Source: Lama glama (lineage: Eukaryota). From it: a stretch of 64,000 nt of DNA. The translations under genes and the position numbers were made by a program. How positions within the stretch are numbered: position 1 is the stretch's first letter; every line of letters starts with the position of its first letter. The notes beneath the pieces are model-generated. The model saw nothing but the letters and a program-made list of their open reading frames with translations. It did not search any database and was not told the DNA's origin. The DNA is taken from the NCBI GenBank assembly GCA_028534125.1, contig CM052818.1, forward strand, positions 38,132,001 through 38,196,000. The letters are read 5' to 3'. Of the stretch, positions 62,030 through 64,000 are shown piece by piece.

Positions 62030-62285
62030 TCTTAATCCCTCTAGAAGTCTCCCGCTCGCATCACTTTCTCCATAAAGCTTTATCGAACCTTTCCCTCAAG
62101 CCCAATATGTTGCTAATTCTTCTATGAACACCAAGCAACATAATGCATTCCTCACTTGGCATCTTGCATGTGTGCAGTTATTTATTTATACAATTGCCTC
62201 CCACCAGGAACAGAAGTCACTTTGTGTTCCTTCCTCTTTGCTTGGCACATATTAGGCATTTAATTCACGTGTTCCAAAAAGATTT
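62030..62285 (+). mobile_element. L2 3' end
   Basis: catcactttctccataaagctt...cttggcacatattaggcatttaat. Confidence 0.7.
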
Positions 62286-63930
62286 AGATTTTTTTTTTTC
62301 TTTTTCAGAGCAGAGAGCCCTGTTGTCTGGACTAACTAGAGGCTCCACAGCATGTTTGGATCCTCTGAGTTTCCAGGGCACGGTCTCCAGGAGCTACATC
62401 GTATTTCTTATCCTGATACAGTTCATTTGTTGGTGCCATCCTTAAACTGGTCCTTGAACATCCTTAAACTGGACCCAGAAAAAAAACTAATCCATGGGAT
62501 TTGGGTCCCTGTAACTGTCAAGCATAGTGATGCTGATTTCAGAAACTGGATTAAGCTGGTGCAAATTATCCTTGGGGGCTAAGAAGTTTTTCTCAGTGCT
62601 CCCCAATTTATAATTCATGGAGCAATAAATTTGAGTGCATGATGGCTTGGACATGATGGAGGAGTACATTCTTCCATCACCGCTTCTTGTCTGAGGAAAC
62701 AATTTTGTTTCCCAGAGTGGTTTGGAGCTGTAGTTTGTGTCTCTAGAAAGGCTCTGTTGAAACGATGAAGACAGAGGACTGCTTTCTCTATCACTCACTG
62801 CTGAGTGAAAGAGACGAGAATCTGTCTTGCAAACCACCTTTCTCAATTCAATTACACAGAGAATCAAATAAATGTGTGCTTTATCTACTTGATCTTATGA
62901 ATTCTATGCAAGCCTAACCCAGTGGTTGGCTGTGACAAGCCATCAGATATCTCTTCTTAATTTTATATTTCCCCATTTCACAGCTGCTTGATAAATGATC
63001 ATATCTGACAGCTTTTAATCCATGTAAGAGTGATCATTGGCGATGAGGGCTTTGGAAGAATTGTATGTAGACTGTCCTTCTCCTTTGCATTCCTCTACCT
63101 GTTTTTTAATCACCAGATATGCCACACACTGACAGAGTCTTTCATTACACGCTCTGTTCAGGGCTTCAGTACTTTTTACTGCTGGTACATGATAAACAGT
63201 AAAGATGTGCCCCTCTACTACAAAAACAGATTTATTAATAAATAGCTGACACTTTGTACTTTTGCAGAATATCAAAGCAATTAGTGACAACAGGAGAATG
63301 ATTTTCAATACCTACGGAGCAAAATATCACATTGATTCAAGCTCAAAGCTTTCTCTAAATAACAGCTAAGGCACTGTCTACTGCATTTGGTCAATTCTTT
63401 TAAATAACAGGTGGTAAAGAAGGAAATATATCAGTAAAACTGCTTTGAATGCTTTTCCCCTTGGTTTGACTGGATATATTTGCCAATATAGAATAACTAG
63501 CAGACTAATGGCATCAAAAATAATTTTGGCTTCTTTTTTATCTAAGTTTGTATATGTATTTTATTAACATATATGCCTCACTAATAACGTTCGTCATCTT
63601 TGGATTTCATGTAAAACTGAGATATTCATTTGACTTAAAAGCCAAGGGTTCATTGTGGGAGAAAATGGAACATTTAGATCATGAAATCTTGGATTCACAA
63701 AGTCATAGGACTATGAACCAGAAGAAATTCAAAGAGAGAGACCAGGCTAGCTTCTTCCCTGGGGAAATATGATGTTATTCCTACTCCCAACCTCTCCTAA
63801 AGCCCGCAATATTACAGATGACACATTGAAGCCAGTGAAGAGAACCTGATTATCCAGTAAATAAAAATTTGTGACGGATCAAGAATTCTGCCCTCCCCAG
63901 TCCTCAGTGCTTTCCCCCAGGGAGTTTGCC

Positions 63931-64000
63931 TCCATTCATTCATTCATTCAGTGCCTACTAAGCTCTGGGCACTATTCTAGGCACTGGGGAGGGAGCAGAG
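63931..64000 (-). mobile_element. L2 3' end (runs off window)
   Basis: cattcattcattcattcagtgcctacta...gggcactattctaggcactgggga. Confidence 0.85.

Noticed and set aside
62437..62472. 14-bp direct repeat catccttaaactgg
   Set aside because: Trivial local slippage duplication.
1126..63772. All ORFs in the supplied track as protein-coding genes
   Set aside because: They are 60-166 aa, have no recognisable domain, many use non-ATG starts or lie in repeats or microsatellites, and no consistent exon chain exists.
1..64000. tRNA, snRNA, snoRNA or known miRNA genes; tRNA-derived lineage SINEs
   Set aside because: None recognised; B-box-like motifs belong to MIRs. Short RNA genes could be missed without a covariance-model search.

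Overview
This is mammalian non-coding DNA, either intergenic or deep intronic. Two young, little-diverged L1 3' ends (3803-4011, 24851-25258) resemble the camelid L1-Vpa type, so a camelid (alpaca/camel) source is likely. That is recognition from memory, not a database result. I found no protein-coding exon, RNA gene or CRISPR-like array. The supplied ORFs are short chance ORFs, mostly inside repeats. Much of the window is old interspersed repeats: L2, MIR, L3/CR1, HAL1, L1M fragments, MLT1/LTR16/LTR78/MER21/ERV1 LTRs, and MER5/MER33/MER58/Tigger/MARNA DNA transposons. Several are nested. The repeat-free blocks contain motif clusters resembling enhancers or conserved non-coding elements, plus a few well-formed candidate non-coding exons. 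The most notable items are a diverged ~300-bp-offset duplication with a perfect 21-bp core, a rearranged TSD-flanked L1, a template-switch scar in an LTR, and an exon whose donor lies in a hairpin. I see no convincing evidence of a new biological system. Repeat family names and boundaries are approximate.
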